Source of the DNA: Nannocystales bacterium
GTDB taxonomy: Bacteria; Myxococcota_A; Polyangia; Nannocystales; Nannocystaceae
NCBI GenBank assembly: GCA_050633305.1
Contig: JBOEGF010000024.1
Coordinates: 64,001 to 128,000 of the forward strand
Reading direction: 5' to 3'
Length of the DNA stretch: 64,000 nucleotides
Shown here: positions 20,494-30,121 of the stretch, in pieces
Numbering within the stretch: the first letter of the stretch is position 1
How the letters are laid out: every line of letters begins with the position of its first letter
The notes under the pieces: model-generated
Databases searched by the model: none
What the model saw: only the letters and a program-made list of their open reading frames with translations
Told to the model about the DNA's origin: nothing
Program-made: the position numbers and the translations under genes

Positions 20494-21198
20494 CTAGGCG
20501 GCGCGGCGAGGCGCCTCTGGGCGGCCGGAGGCGGTCGGGCGATGCATGTCGCTGCCGACCTCGTCGACCCACTCGCGCTCCTGGAGCTGCTTGACGAAGT
20601 CTGCACGCGGCGTCGCACGTTTTGCCGCGGGGGTGCGGTTGACCTGAAAACGGGCGCCGGCGGAGCGGAGATCTTCGAGGAGGTCGAGGCCGGATTCTCC
20701 GCGGAGGTATCGGTAGCGCTCGACGTGAGCGAGCAGGGGGGTGAAGCCGCGGTCCGAGAGCGCAAAGCAGACATCCATCAGCGCCTCGGGTGTTTCGCTG
20801 CCCGTGGTCGTTTCGAACAGCACGTACCGCTCGGGTCCAAAGGGGAGGAGCTTGCCCGCCTCGATGCGGGGCAACAGCCCCGGCCCCAGCCAATGCTCGG
20901 CGCCAAGTTCGAGCTCGACGGTGATTTCCGGATGTTTGTCGACCTCGGCGAGCAGCCTATCGAACGAGCGCCGCAGGGGGTCGGGCTCGTTGTCGAACCG
21001 GCCGGGGTAGATATGGGGCGTCGCGATGATGCGCTTCGCCCCCTGCTTCTGCAGCATGCGCAGCATCTGCAGGGACTCCTCCATCGAGCGACTGCCGTCA
21101 TCGACCTCCGGGACCACGTGGGTGTGGCAGTCGCGGGGACGCAGCGCCACCGCTCCGTCACAGGTGCGGCGGCGCTTCTTTCGAAACAGTCCAAACAT
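20494..21198 (-). CDS. PHP-family protein-tyrosine phosphatase (CpsB/CapC/YwqE type)
   Basis: DCHTHVVPEVDDGS, IATPH, GAEH, LAHVERY, GSDMH. Confidence 0.9.
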   Translation of the reverse strand: MFGLFRKKRRRTCDGAVALRPRDCHTHVVPEVDDGSRSMEESLQMLRMLQKQGAKRIIATPHIYPGRFDNEPDPLRRSFDRLLAEVDKHPEITVELELGAEHWLGPGLLPRIEAGKLLPFGPERYVLFETTTGSETPEALMDVCFALSDRGFTPLLAHVERYRYLRGESGLDLLEDLRSAGARFQVNRTPAAKRATPRADFVKQLQEREWVDEVGSDMHRPTASGRPEAPRRAA

Positions 21199-21248
21199 GC
21201 TTGTTTCTTAGTGTCGCCAGGGTCCGGGGCCACCCCCCTGCGCGTCCG

Positions 21249-22457
21249 CTACTGGGCCGCTGCGGGGGCGAGTGCGGCGGCTTGTGTCGCGACGCTGGTA
21301 CCACCTTGGGCCGCCAGTCCGAGCGCCTGCGCACCGCCGAGGAACGGAAGCACCTGCTGCATGTAGCGGCTCGAAGTCGACAAACCGGTGGGGGCGATCA
21401 CCACGCGGTCTCCAGGACGGAGTTGGATCTGGTGGTCGATGAGGAGCGCTTCTTCGAGGTTGATTCGATACACGACCGGCTCGGCGAATCCGCCTCGGAG
21501 CACGGCCAGCTCCCGCCGGGCGCGGGCTGGCGTGGGGCCGCCCGCGGTTGCGATGGCCTCTGCGAGTGAGATCCGGCCGTCGACGATGGCGACCGAGGTG
21601 GGGGTCTTGACCTCGCCGAGGACGAACACCTTCATCGAAGATGCGTCGGGGACGTAGACGAGGTCACCCTTGCGCATGAACACGTTGCGCGACATGTCCC
21701 CGCCTTTGACCAGGGCCGCGAGGTCGATCGGCAGGAGCTTGCCGTCGCGAACGATCGTTGCCCCCTCGATGCTCCCGGTCTCCCCGATCCCTCCGGCGAG
21801 AGAGAGGGCCTCGAGCAGCGTGGTATCGCCATCGACCGGGAATGAGCCCGGGGTCCGCACGTGGCCGAGAACGTGGAACTTCTGGGACTCGTGCTCGAGG
21901 ATCTCGACATGGACCTGTGGGTCGACGACGAACTTGGAAGCTGCCCGCCGCAGGGATGTCTCAAACTCGGTGACGGTGAGTCCGTCGGCCTTCACCTTGC
22001 CGACGACCGGTAGGTAGGCGAAGCCGTCCTTGCGGACGGTGGTGCCTGCGAGCTCGCCCAGACCGACCCGTTGCGAGCTCATCTCGGGGTGCTCCATCAC
22101 GAACACGTCGAGGACGTCGTTGCTGCCCAGCCGGTACTCGTCGGTCTGCGCGCTGAAGTCGTACCGCACACTGTCCCGAGCGACGGTCGTGGCACTGTCG
22201 GCAACCAGATCCTCGAGGTCGCGGAGCTCGACGTTGTCGCTGCGTTCGTCGAGGTGGTCGTACCGAAACGTGCCGGTCGCACAGCCCGACAGAAGCGGCT
22301 GGCTGAACCAGGCGATCGCGCTGGCGGTTCCGATGCGGGCCCAGTTCCGGATCCGGCCGGCGAAACGGCTTTTGGCAACGGTCGGCCCGTTGCCGGCAAA
22401 GGGCGTGCGCCCTACGTGATGGAGGCCTTGTTGACGGGTTGAAAAGGACTTCTGCAT
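21249..22457 (-). CDS. Wza/OPX polysaccharide export lipoprotein with SLBB domains
   Basis: Lipobox LSGC; EYRLGSNDVLDV, DG..YLPVVGKV.ADGLT, DPQV, VLGHVRTPG, VFVLGEV; true start may be downstream of 22457. Confidence 0.85.
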   Translation of the reverse strand: MQKSFSTRQQGLHHVGRTPFAGNGPTVAKSRFAGRIRNWARIGTASAIAWFSQPLLSGCATGTFRYDHLDERSDNVELRDLEDLVADSATTVARDSVRYDFSAQTDEYRLGSNDVLDVFVMEHPEMSSQRVGLGELAGTTVRKDGFAYLPVVGKVKADGLTVTEFETSLRRAASKFVVDPQVHVEILEHESQKFHVLGHVRTPGSFPVDGDTTLLEALSLAGGIGETGSIEGATIVRDGKLLPIDLAALVKGGDMSRNVFMRKGDLVYVPDASSMKVFVLGEVKTPTSVAIVDGRISLAEAIATAGGPTPARARRELAVLRGGFAEPVVYRINLEEALLIDHQIQLRPGDRVVIAPTGLSTSSRYMQQVLPFLGGAQALGLAAQGGTSVATQAAALAPAAAQ

Positions 22458-24420
22458 GAGCGCCGTTGAGACTTCATTGAGAACCGAAAGCGAACCCGCA
22501 AGTGGGCAGAGCCGAACTTCTGAGCACAGCGTCCGTCGAGGACTGCCGACGGTGACTTGGGGGTTTGGCGCGAAGCTCGTTCTGGACATGATGGGCCTGA
22601 CCCTCGCGGCTTGGGTGGCGCTGGCGTTGCTGGTTGCAGAGCCGGTTGTGGGGTTTGCGTTCGGGGTCGCTGCACTCCGCATGACCGTCCTCGCGATGCG
22701 TGGGGCGTACGCGCACAGCTGGCGACATACCTCGTTGGCGGACGCGCTCGTCGTGGTGCCTGCGTTGTTGGGACCGACGGTCGTTCTGATGGCGGGAGCG
22801 CTTTGGACCGATGCCCACGAACTCATCGCACCGCTGGCCTTGGAAGGCCTGTTGGCGACGTTCGTCGGGCTGGGTTCCCGGACGGCGATTCGCTGGCTGG
22901 ATGAACGGCAGGCTCGAACGCAATCCGTGGCCCACAGTGAGACCCCTGTACGCCCGGTGCTGCTCGTCGGGGCCGGACGGGCGGGGACATTGGCCGCCTG
23001 CGAACTACGGCGCCGCCCCGACCTGGGGTATCGCCCGGTGGGTTTCCTCGATGATGACCCCACCCTCGGTGGGCGCCGGATCGATGGACTCGAGGTCCTT
23101 GGCACAACCTTCGACGCCGAAGAGGTTGCCGAACGGTTGGACGTGGAGTGCCTGATCCTCACCCTCCCATCCGCGACTCAGGCGCAGCGCCGAGCGGTTG
23201 TTGCCCGGTGCAGTGATGTGGGCCTCGAGGTGCGGACACTTCCCGACTACCACGACCTGCTCTCAGGCAAGGTTGAGTTCACGAAGATCCGCCCGGTGAA
23301 GATCGAGGACCTGCTCAACCGCAGCGTCGTACAGATGGATACGAAGCGCTGGTCCAACATCGTGGGCACGATCTCGGGGAAGCGGGTGCTCGTGACCGGG
23401 GCGGGAGGCTCGATCGGCTCCGAACTCTGCCGTCAGATCGCCGAACTCGGTCCCGAACGGCTCGTTCTGCTCGAGGCCAACGAGAACAACCTCTTCGACA
23501 TCGAGGGCGAGATCCGAAAGGTCTTGGGCCGCGGTGCGGTCCCCTGCCTGGCGGACGTCCGGGACGTCGACCGCATGCGGCGGGAGTTCGAGCACCACCG
23601 GCCGCACGTCGTATTCCATGCGGCAGCGTTCAAGCATGTTCCGATGATGGAGCTGCATCCGCAGGCCGCCATCCTCAACAACGTGTTCGGGACCCGAACC
23701 GTCGTTGAGGCGGCTGAGGCGGTCGGCGTGGAGCGTTTCTTGTTCGTCTCGACGGACAAGGCGGTGAACCCGGCCAATGTGATGGGGGCGAGCAAGCGTA
23801 TGGCCGAGATGGTCGTTCAGGCGCACGCTTCCCGAAGCCGCGGCATGTACTGCTGTGTTCGTTTCGGCAACGTTTTGGGCTCTCGTGGCTCGGTCGTGCA
23901 CACCTTCCGACGCCAGATCGAGGCGGGTGGTCCCGTGACCGTGACCCACCCGGACGTCACCCGGTTCTTCATGACCATCCCAGAGGCGGTTCGGTTGCTG
24001 ATTCAGAGCAACGCGACGCAGGAGGGTGGGGAGGTGTTCCTGCTCGACATGGGCGAACCGGTGAAAATCATCGACTTGGCACGCCAGATGGTCCAGCTCT
24101 CGGGACTCACCCTCGACGACGTCCCGATCAAGATCTGCGGCCTTCGTCCGGGCGAGAAACTCTACGAGGAGCTGCTACGGGACGAGGAAGGAACACTGCC
24201 GTCCAAGATCGAGGGGGTGTGTCACGCGAAGCTCGCGCCTGTGAGCCCAGACTCCTTGGAAACTTGGTTGGGACCCCTTGGCAAGGCGGCTCGGTCGCAC
24301 GATGAGAACACCATCCGACGCATTCTCGCGGTCGCCGCTGGCTACCGGCCCGACCCCGAGGCTGCGCCGCTCCCCGAACCTCTCGAAGCCGCCGGCGCCC
24401 GACGTCGCGACGTTGCCTGA
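22456..24420 (+). CDS. Membrane-bound nucleotide-sugar 4,6-dehydratase (CapD/PglF/WbpM family)
   Basis: N-terminal TMs; LLVGAGRAG; IEDLLNR; LVTGAGGSIGSELCRQ; FHAAAFKHVP; STDKAV; RFGNVLGSRGSV; GLRPGEKLYEEL. Confidence 0.93.
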   Translation: MSAVETSLRTESEPASGQSRTSEHSVRRGLPTVTWGFGAKLVLDMMGLTLAAWVALALLVAEPVVGFAFGVAALRMTVLAMRGAYAHSWRHTSLADALVVVPALLGPTVVLMAGALWTDAHELIAPLALEGLLATFVGLGSRTAIRWLDERQARTQSVAHSETPVRPVLLVGAGRAGTLAACELRRRPDLGYRPVGFLDDDPTLGGRRIDGLEVLGTTFDAEEVAERLDVECLILTLPSATQAQRRAVVARCSDVGLEVRTLPDYHDLLSGKVEFTKIRPVKIEDLLNRSVVQMDTKRWSNIVGTISGKRVLVTGAGGSIGSELCRQIAELGPERLVLLEANENNLFDIEGEIRKVLGRGAVPCLADVRDVDRMRREFEHHRPHVVFHAAAFKHVPMMELHPQAAILNNVFGTRTVVEAAEAVGVERFLFVSTDKAVNPANVMGASKRMAEMVVQAHASRSRGMYCCVRFGNVLGSRGSVVHTFRRQIEAGGPVTVTHPDVTRFFMTIPEAVRLLIQSNATQEGGEVFLLDMGEPVKIIDLARQMVQLSGLTLDDVPIKICGLRPGEKLYEELLRDEEGTLPSKIEGVCHAKLAPVSPDSLETWLGPLGKAARSHDENTIRRILAVAAGYRPDPEAAPLPEPLEAAGARRRDVA

Positions 24421-24425
24421 GCACC

Positions 24426-25664
24426 ATGAAGATCCTCTACCTCCACCAGTACTTCATCTCGCCCTCCGGAGCGGGGGGCACTCGGTCCTACGAACTCGCT
24501 CGGAGGCTCGTCCGCCGTGGGCATGACGTCACGCTGGTCACGTCAAATGCCTTCATGCCCGAGCACGCGAACCTTCAGGACCGTCACGAGTCCACCATCG
24601 AGGGGTTTAAACTCGTGGTGCTTCCGGTCGCGTACACGCAGAGCATGTCGTACGCCCGCCGTACCCGGTCGTTCTTCTCGTTCGCCGCGGCCGCGGCCCG
24701 GGAATGCCTCCGGCACGATGCGGACGTTGTCTTCGCGACATCGACGCCGCTGACCGTCGCCCTTCCCGGGCTCTTCGCTCGGCTCAAGACCGGGGCCCCG
24801 ATGGTGTTCGAGGTCCGCGATCTGTGGCCCGAGCTCCCCATCGCGATGGGGGCGATCAAGAACCCCGTCGCAAAAGTTGCCGCGCGGACACTCGAGTGGG
24901 TCGCGTACCACGGGAGTGAGCAGGTCGTCGCGCTGTCTCCGGGCATGGCCCGAGGCGTCGAGGCCCGCGGCATCCCGGCGAACCGCGTGACGGTGATCCC
25001 CAACGGTTGCGATGTGGACGTGGGTCACATCCCGGCGGAGGACCTCGCTGCGTATCGACGCTCGCTGTTGCCCGAGGTCCGACCCGACCAGCCGCTGTTG
25101 GTGTACGGCGGGTCGATGGGGGTCGCGCACGATCCTGGATGGCTCGTCGAGGTCGCGGCGAAGATGCAGACCGTCGACCCCGACGTCCGCTTCGCGTTGG
25201 TGGGAAAGGGGGCCATTGTCGAGGACCTCCGCGCCCGAGCGGAAGCCCTAGGGGTGCTGGGGAAGAACCTGTTCATTCCCGGCCCGATCCCCAAGAGCGA
25301 CATTCCCAAGCTCCTTCGCTCGGCCCAGATGGCGGTCTCGACCATGGCACCGCTGCCCGAGCTCGAAGACAACAGCGCCAACAAGTTCTTTGATGCGCTC
25401 GCCAATGGGGTTCCGGTTGCCTTGAACTACGGCGGCTGGCAAGCGGACCTCGTTCGTCAGTACGGGGCGGGCCTTGTGCTTCGGCAGTCGAAGCCCGCGG
25501 AGTCCGCTCAGCGACTCGCCGCGACGCTTCGCGATGAGACAGCCCTTGCCTCGATGAAGGTCGGTGCAGCGGCATTGGCCCGCGAACACTTCGACCGGGA
25601 AAACCTCACCTCCGCCCTCGAAGGCGTGCTCAGTGAGGCCGTGCAGACGCACGCCGCGGCGTAG
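24426..25664 (+). CDS. GT4 glycosyltransferase (WbuB-like)
   Basis: ILYLHQYF, GGTRSYELAR, ATSTPL, FEVRDLWPE, IPNG, NKFFDALANGVP. Confidence 0.9.
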   Translation: MKILYLHQYFISPSGAGGTRSYELARRLVRRGHDVTLVTSNAFMPEHANLQDRHESTIEGFKLVVLPVAYTQSMSYARRTRSFFSFAAAAARECLRHDADVVFATSTPLTVALPGLFARLKTGAPMVFEVRDLWPELPIAMGAIKNPVAKVAARTLEWVAYHGSEQVVALSPGMARGVEARGIPANRVTVIPNGCDVDVGHIPAEDLAAYRRSLLPEVRPDQPLLVYGGSMGVAHDPGWLVEVAAKMQTVDPDVRFALVGKGAIVEDLRARAEALGVLGKNLFIPGPIPKSDIPKLLRSAQMAVSTMAPLPELEDNSANKFFDALANGVPVALNYGGWQADLVRQYGAGLVLRQSKPAESAQRLAATLRDETALASMKVGAAALAREHFDRENLTSALEGVLSEAVQTHAAA

Positions 25665-25778
25665 CTCGTCGCGGAGCAGGGGTCCTCGGAGGCCAGGGCG
25701 GTTGTTCACCGGACAACGACGCGTGCTCGGTCTCTGAGCGGGCAAGCGCCGTTGGGGCCACGAGCGCTGCGGCGGTTG

Positions 25779-26076
25779 TCAGGGCGTAGCCACGGCCTGT
25801 TTGGACGCAGTGAGCCGGTCGGTGACGGCTTGGAGTTTCGGCGGGTCGAGTTGGTCGAACTCACGGAGGTCATGTCGTGCGAGCGCGATCCATGCCTCGG
25901 CGCCATCCAGGTCCAACTCCAAGGTCTGATCCCACATCCGCGCCGTGCCGCTTGAGTGCCCATGACGGATCCTCGAGCGTGTTCGGGGGCTCCGCGGACT
26001 CGATGACGTCGGCACCCTCCCGCGCAGTGGCCGACGTGGAGCCGGAGCAGCCGGGAAGGAAGGCGAAGCCGAGCAT
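25779..26076 (-). pseudogene. Possible frameshifted small lipoprotein
   Basis: MLGFAFLPGC... frame reads plausibly to LKRHG, then ARMWDQTLELDLDGAEAW... continues in another frame at a GC dinucleotide run near 25940. Confidence 0.35.
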
Positions 26077-26211
26077 CGCCTTCACACAGACGCGACATGG
26101 CGGGCGACGGGGGACGAATTGCACACGAGGAGAGCTTCCCCGCGAGCGGTTCACCGCGCTGCGGGTCGAGGCCCGTAGCGCGGTGTACTCGAGTCCCGCT
26201 CGGTCGTGCGC

Positions 26212-27477
26212 TCAGCGCCGGGCGACTCGCATGACGCGGTCGACCGCCTCTGCCACGTCATCCATGTCGGTTGCCGTACACGTGTGCTGGACCTTGAAAC
26301 ACAAGGACGTCTCTCCCAGTGCCTTGGTGAGGGGCAGGTGGCGGGCCTTGGGACGCCAGCGCTCGGGAAACGCTGCTTCGAGATAGATCTCCGAGCAGCT
26401 TCCGCTTTGGCACGGAACACCCTCGGCCTCGATCGCGGCCATCAAGCGGTCACGACTCCAACCTTCGGCGAGCATCGGCGTGCGCACGTAAGCGTAGAGG
26501 CGATAGTAGGCATGACGGACCCCTGGGCCTGGCGTGGGAACCCGCAACGTGTCGTGGGTCTTCAGCCGAGCGATCAAGCGATGCGCGTTCTCCCGTCGGT
26601 CATCGACCCAACCGGGCAGCTTGCTCAGCTGCACTCGACCGATCGCCGACTGCATCTCGGTCATGCGGGCGTTGCTGCCGACCGACTCGTGCAGCCAGCG
26701 GAACCCGGGAGGATGTTCTCGCTCGTAGACGGCATCCCAACTCTTGCCGTGGTCCTTTCGGCTCCACATCCGCGACCAGATGTCTCGGTCCGAGGTGGTC
26801 ACCATGCCGCCTTCGCCACCGGAGGTCATGATCTTGTCCTGGCAGAAAGAGAAGGCGGCGGCGTCGCCAAACGACCCGACCGACCGACCTGCGATCTTCG
26901 CGTCGTGGGCCTGCGCGCAGTCCTCGATCAGTGCCCAGCCCTTGCGGTCACACAGCGCGCGGATCTCCGACATCTCGGCCGGCCACCCGGCGACGTGGAC
27001 GACGATGACCGCGCGGGTCCGATGGGTGGACGCCGCTTCGATACTGGCAGCGGTGACGTTGCCCGTATCCGCGCAGACGTCGGCGAACTGAGGTCGACCT
27101 CCGCTGAGCACGACGGCGTGCGCGGTCGCGACGAAGGTTCGCGACGGCACCACGACGCCGTCTCCGGTGCTCAGACCGATGCCGTGGAGGCACAGCTCGA
27201 GTGCGACCGTCCCGTTGCTACACGCGATCGCGTGCGGCACACCGACAAACCCTGCGAACTCTCGTTCGAAAGCTCGACCGACGGACCCGGTCCAGTAGTT
27301 CACTTTCCCCGACGCCAGCACTTCGGTGCAGGCGGCCACTTCGTCGGCGGGAAAGGTCGGCCAGGCCGGCCACGCGGTGGTGCGGACAGGTGCACCACCA
27401 TCAACTGCGAGTTTGTTGAGATCCAACGCTGCTACCACGGGAGTTTTCCAGACATGAAGGAACGCTCCATTCCTCAT
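26212..27477 (-). CDS. DegT/DnrJ/EryC1/StrS sugar aminotransferase
   Basis: SGKVNYWTG, SNGTVALEL, TFVATA, IEDCAQAH, FSFCQDKIMTSGGEGG, NARMTEMQSAIG; start may be slightly downstream. Confidence 0.93.
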   Translation of the reverse strand: MRNGAFLHVWKTPVVAALDLNKLAVDGGAPVRTTAWPAWPTFPADEVAACTEVLASGKVNYWTGSVGRAFEREFAGFVGVPHAIACSNGTVALELCLHGIGLSTGDGVVVPSRTFVATAHAVVLSGGRPQFADVCADTGNVTAASIEAASTHRTRAVIVVHVAGWPAEMSEIRALCDRKGWALIEDCAQAHDAKIAGRSVGSFGDAAAFSFCQDKIMTSGGEGGMVTTSDRDIWSRMWSRKDHGKSWDAVYEREHPPGFRWLHESVGSNARMTEMQSAIGRVQLSKLPGWVDDRRENAHRLIARLKTHDTLRVPTPGPGVRHAYYRLYAYVRTPMLAEGWSRDRLMAAIEAEGVPCQSGSCSEIYLEAAFPERWRPKARHLPLTKALGETSLCFKVQHTCTATDMDDVAEAVDRVMRVARR

Positions 27478-27574
27478 GGGCCCGCGCGTGGGCCGAAACC
27501 AGTGGCAGGGCGACCCAACCTGGGCCAGTCGAACCGTGAGGCAGCCCTCGGCGCGGAACCGAGGGCGCCCGTGA

Positions 27575-29203
27575 CTACACAGAAGGTCGCAGCAACGGCA
27601 GCGCGCGGGCGGGCGTCATGATCGCCAGCAACGTGCTCATCTTGGGCCCGCGGTCGCGGTCGAGCAGCAGATCGTAGACGACCGGGAAGAAGGCTTTCAT
27701 GTCGACGCCGCTGTGCGACAGGGCCTTCATCTTTTCGCCGATGGAGGTCTCGGTCGCGTCCGGGTCCGCCTCGAGAATCTCCACCAAGCTCTGGAGCGGT
27801 CCACGCTGGGCCTCGGGGATCTCGCGGGTCACCGGCTCGGTTCGGATCCGATACCGGAAGTCCTCAGGGGCGTATCGCTCGACCCAGTTCCACACGCAGC
27901 GGGCTCGGGCTTCGAACCGCGCTCGGTCGGCTTCGGGCAGCTCACCGGAGCTCACGAAGTAGTCCGCGGCACCACAGATGTCTCCGTCGTAGGTCTGCAA
28001 GACGGTGCTCAAATGGCGGAAGGCGATGAGCGTGGGCGCGGCGCTGCCCGGTTCGATCCTGCGCGCAGAGACGGACGCGAGCTCGAGCACGCGCCGGGCG
28101 GTCTGCCGCTTCTTGTCCTTTTTGCCGCCGTCTTCAGCCTCGTGGGCCAGCCGCACTGCGCGGTCGTAGTCCTCGTAGAGCTTGATGACGTCCAGGTCGA
28201 AGGAAATCGCGAACTCGGTGTTGGGTCGGTAGCCCGCAAACAACCACCGCAACACCTCGGGCTCGTAGACCTCGAGACAGGTGGTGACATCGACGACGCC
28301 GCCTTTGCTGGAGCTGAGCTTTCCACCTTGGCCTTTGGCGGACACGAAGTCGTAGCCGACGTACTGCGGCGCGGACCAGCTGTAGACGTCACGCACGATG
28401 CCCTTGGCGGTGTCGTAGCTACCACCGGCGGAGCTGTGGTCCTTGCCGCCCGGCTCGAAGGCGACTTGCTCGTAGCCCCAGCGCATCGGCCAATCCACCC
28501 GCCACGGCAGCTTGAGGTTGCCGCCCTTGCGGAGGTCGACAGCCTCGTCGTGACCGCATGCGTTGCAGTGCACGTCGACGGTCCAGTCCCCATCGTAGGA
28601 AAAGGCGAGGTCGTCCTTGCCGCACGAGCTACAGAAACCGGCGAGCGGCAGCCAGTCGTCCGCGATTCGGGTGCGAGCTCCGGTGGCTTCGCGTGCGGCG
28701 TTGATCAGGTCACGAATCTGCTCGGCGTTCTGCAGCGCGGCTCGAATGCCGTCGGCGTACTTGCCCCCGCGATACATGGCGTGCTGCCGAATGAACTCGG
28801 GCTCGATCCCCAGCGGACCGATGCTGTCCTCAAAACGCGCGATGTTGTGGGCGGCGTAGCTCTCGTGTGTGCCCCAGGGATCGGGCACGTCCGCGATGCT
28901 CTTGCCCAGAGACTCCGTGAGCATCTCCTGCTCCGGCGCATCCTTGGGCACCTTGCGAAGGACGTCGAAGTCGTCCCACGAGTAGATGAAGCGGACTTCG
29001 ACCCCGCGGTCGGCGAGGGCCCGTGCGACCAAGTCGACGGTGATGACCTCGCGAAAGTTTCCGATGTGCACCACGCCCGAGGGCGTGATGCCGGCTGCAA
29101 CCACGATGCGTTTCGCGTCGGGGTGAGCGCGCAGCGTCTTGTCCGCTGCGTGATCGGCCCAGTGGTTGAGATAGGGATCTCGCTCGCTGCGGTCACCAGT
29201 CAT
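27575..29203 (-). CDS. lysS: Lysine--tRNA ligase, class I
   Basis: HWAD, AGITPSG.VHIGNFRE (HIGH), WDDFD.LRKVP, two CxxC pairs, KLPWRVDWPMRW, EPGGKDH, KLSSSKG (KMSKS-like), RGPK. Confidence 0.93.
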   Translation of the reverse strand: MTGDRSERDPYLNHWADHAADKTLRAHPDAKRIVVAAGITPSGVVHIGNFREVITVDLVARALADRGVEVRFIYSWDDFDVLRKVPKDAPEQEMLTESLGKSIADVPDPWGTHESYAAHNIARFEDSIGPLGIEPEFIRQHAMYRGGKYADGIRAALQNAEQIRDLINAAREATGARTRIADDWLPLAGFCSSCGKDDLAFSYDGDWTVDVHCNACGHDEAVDLRKGGNLKLPWRVDWPMRWGYEQVAFEPGGKDHSSAGGSYDTAKGIVRDVYSWSAPQYVGYDFVSAKGQGGKLSSSKGGVVDVTTCLEVYEPEVLRWLFAGYRPNTEFAISFDLDVIKLYEDYDRAVRLAHEAEDGGKKDKKRQTARRVLELASVSARRIEPGSAAPTLIAFRHLSTVLQTYDGDICGAADYFVSSGELPEADRARFEARARCVWNWVERYAPEDFRYRIRTEPVTREIPEAQRGPLQSLVEILEADPDATETSIGEKMKALSHSGVDMKAFFPVVYDLLLDRDRGPKMSTLLAIMTPARALPLLRPSV

Positions 29204-29266
29204 CGACGGACCGTACACCGGATCTGGCAGATCCGGCACATCGGCTCCGCCAGCCTACGCGGCGTC

Positions 29267-30121
29267 TCACTTGGGAAGCTTGCAGCCGAACTTGTCTGCG
29301 AGACCCCGGGGTCCTTCGACCAAGAAGTCGGACACGCCCGCCTTGGTGAAGTGGGTGTACGAGGCCGTGGCGTGGGTGCAGATCCCCGGCTTGTCACCCT
29401 GGTAGCGGGAGACGGCGGCGAGGCCTTCCTCCACCCGGCCCATCAAGGCGTCGGTCTCCTTGCCCGCTTTGGCGACGTCGGCGGCAGCGGCGTAGGCTTC
29501 CTTGGCGGAGACGAGATCCTCGGGGTTCTCGACCTGGTCGCTGGCCGAGCTCCCGAATGCGCTGCCGATGAGGGACTCGGCCCGCAGGATGTTGGCCAGG
29601 GCGCCCGCGACGGTCTTGGGCGCGGCCCCGGCTGCGTTGGTGAACGCGGCTTGTGCAGCCTCGTAGTCTTCGTTGCCCAGGAGCATGGCGCCGTGGGCGA
29701 GCTGCGCAACGGCTTTGACCTCGGGGTCCTGGGTGCGGTCGGCCATCTCCAGGCCGTGCTTGCTCGGCTCCTGCCCGCTCTCAAACACGATCTGCGCGTG
29801 GGCGAGGGCGAGCCATCCGCCGGCGAGTCCGCTCGCGCGGTACTGCTTGCGCTCCTTGAGGTCCGCGTACAGGGGCGTCAGAAGGTCGATCGCTTCCTGG
29901 TAGTGCCCTAGCAGGTACTGGTGGGCGCCCTCAGCGATCTGCGGAGGGTCCGGCTCTTGCGGGACGTCCGGCTCGATCGGTTCTTTGGGGGTCTCTTCGA
30001 CGGCGGGGGTGTCTGCCACATCGCCGGGGGTTGCGACGTCGTCCGGGGACGTCGGAGGCTTCTTGTCCTTGCCGCATGCCAGCGGCGCGAGCAGAGCGAG
30101 GGAGATGACGAGGCGTTTCAT
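29267..30121 (-). CDS. TPR-like helical lipoprotein
   Basis: MKRLVISLALLAPLAC lipobox; Pro/Glu linker; Ala-rich helical repeats; start overlaps upstream stop (ATGA). Confidence 0.75.
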   Translation of the reverse strand: MKRLVISLALLAPLACGKDKKPPTSPDDVATPGDVADTPAVEETPKEPIEPDVPQEPDPPQIAEGAHQYLLGHYQEAIDLLTPLYADLKERKQYRASGLAGGWLALAHAQIVFESGQEPSKHGLEMADRTQDPEVKAVAQLAHGAMLLGNEDYEAAQAAFTNAAGAAPKTVAGALANILRAESLIGSAFGSSASDQVENPEDLVSAKEAYAAAADVAKAGKETDALMGRVEEGLAAVSRYQGDKPGICTHATASYTHFTKAGVSDFLVEGPRGLADKFGCKLPK

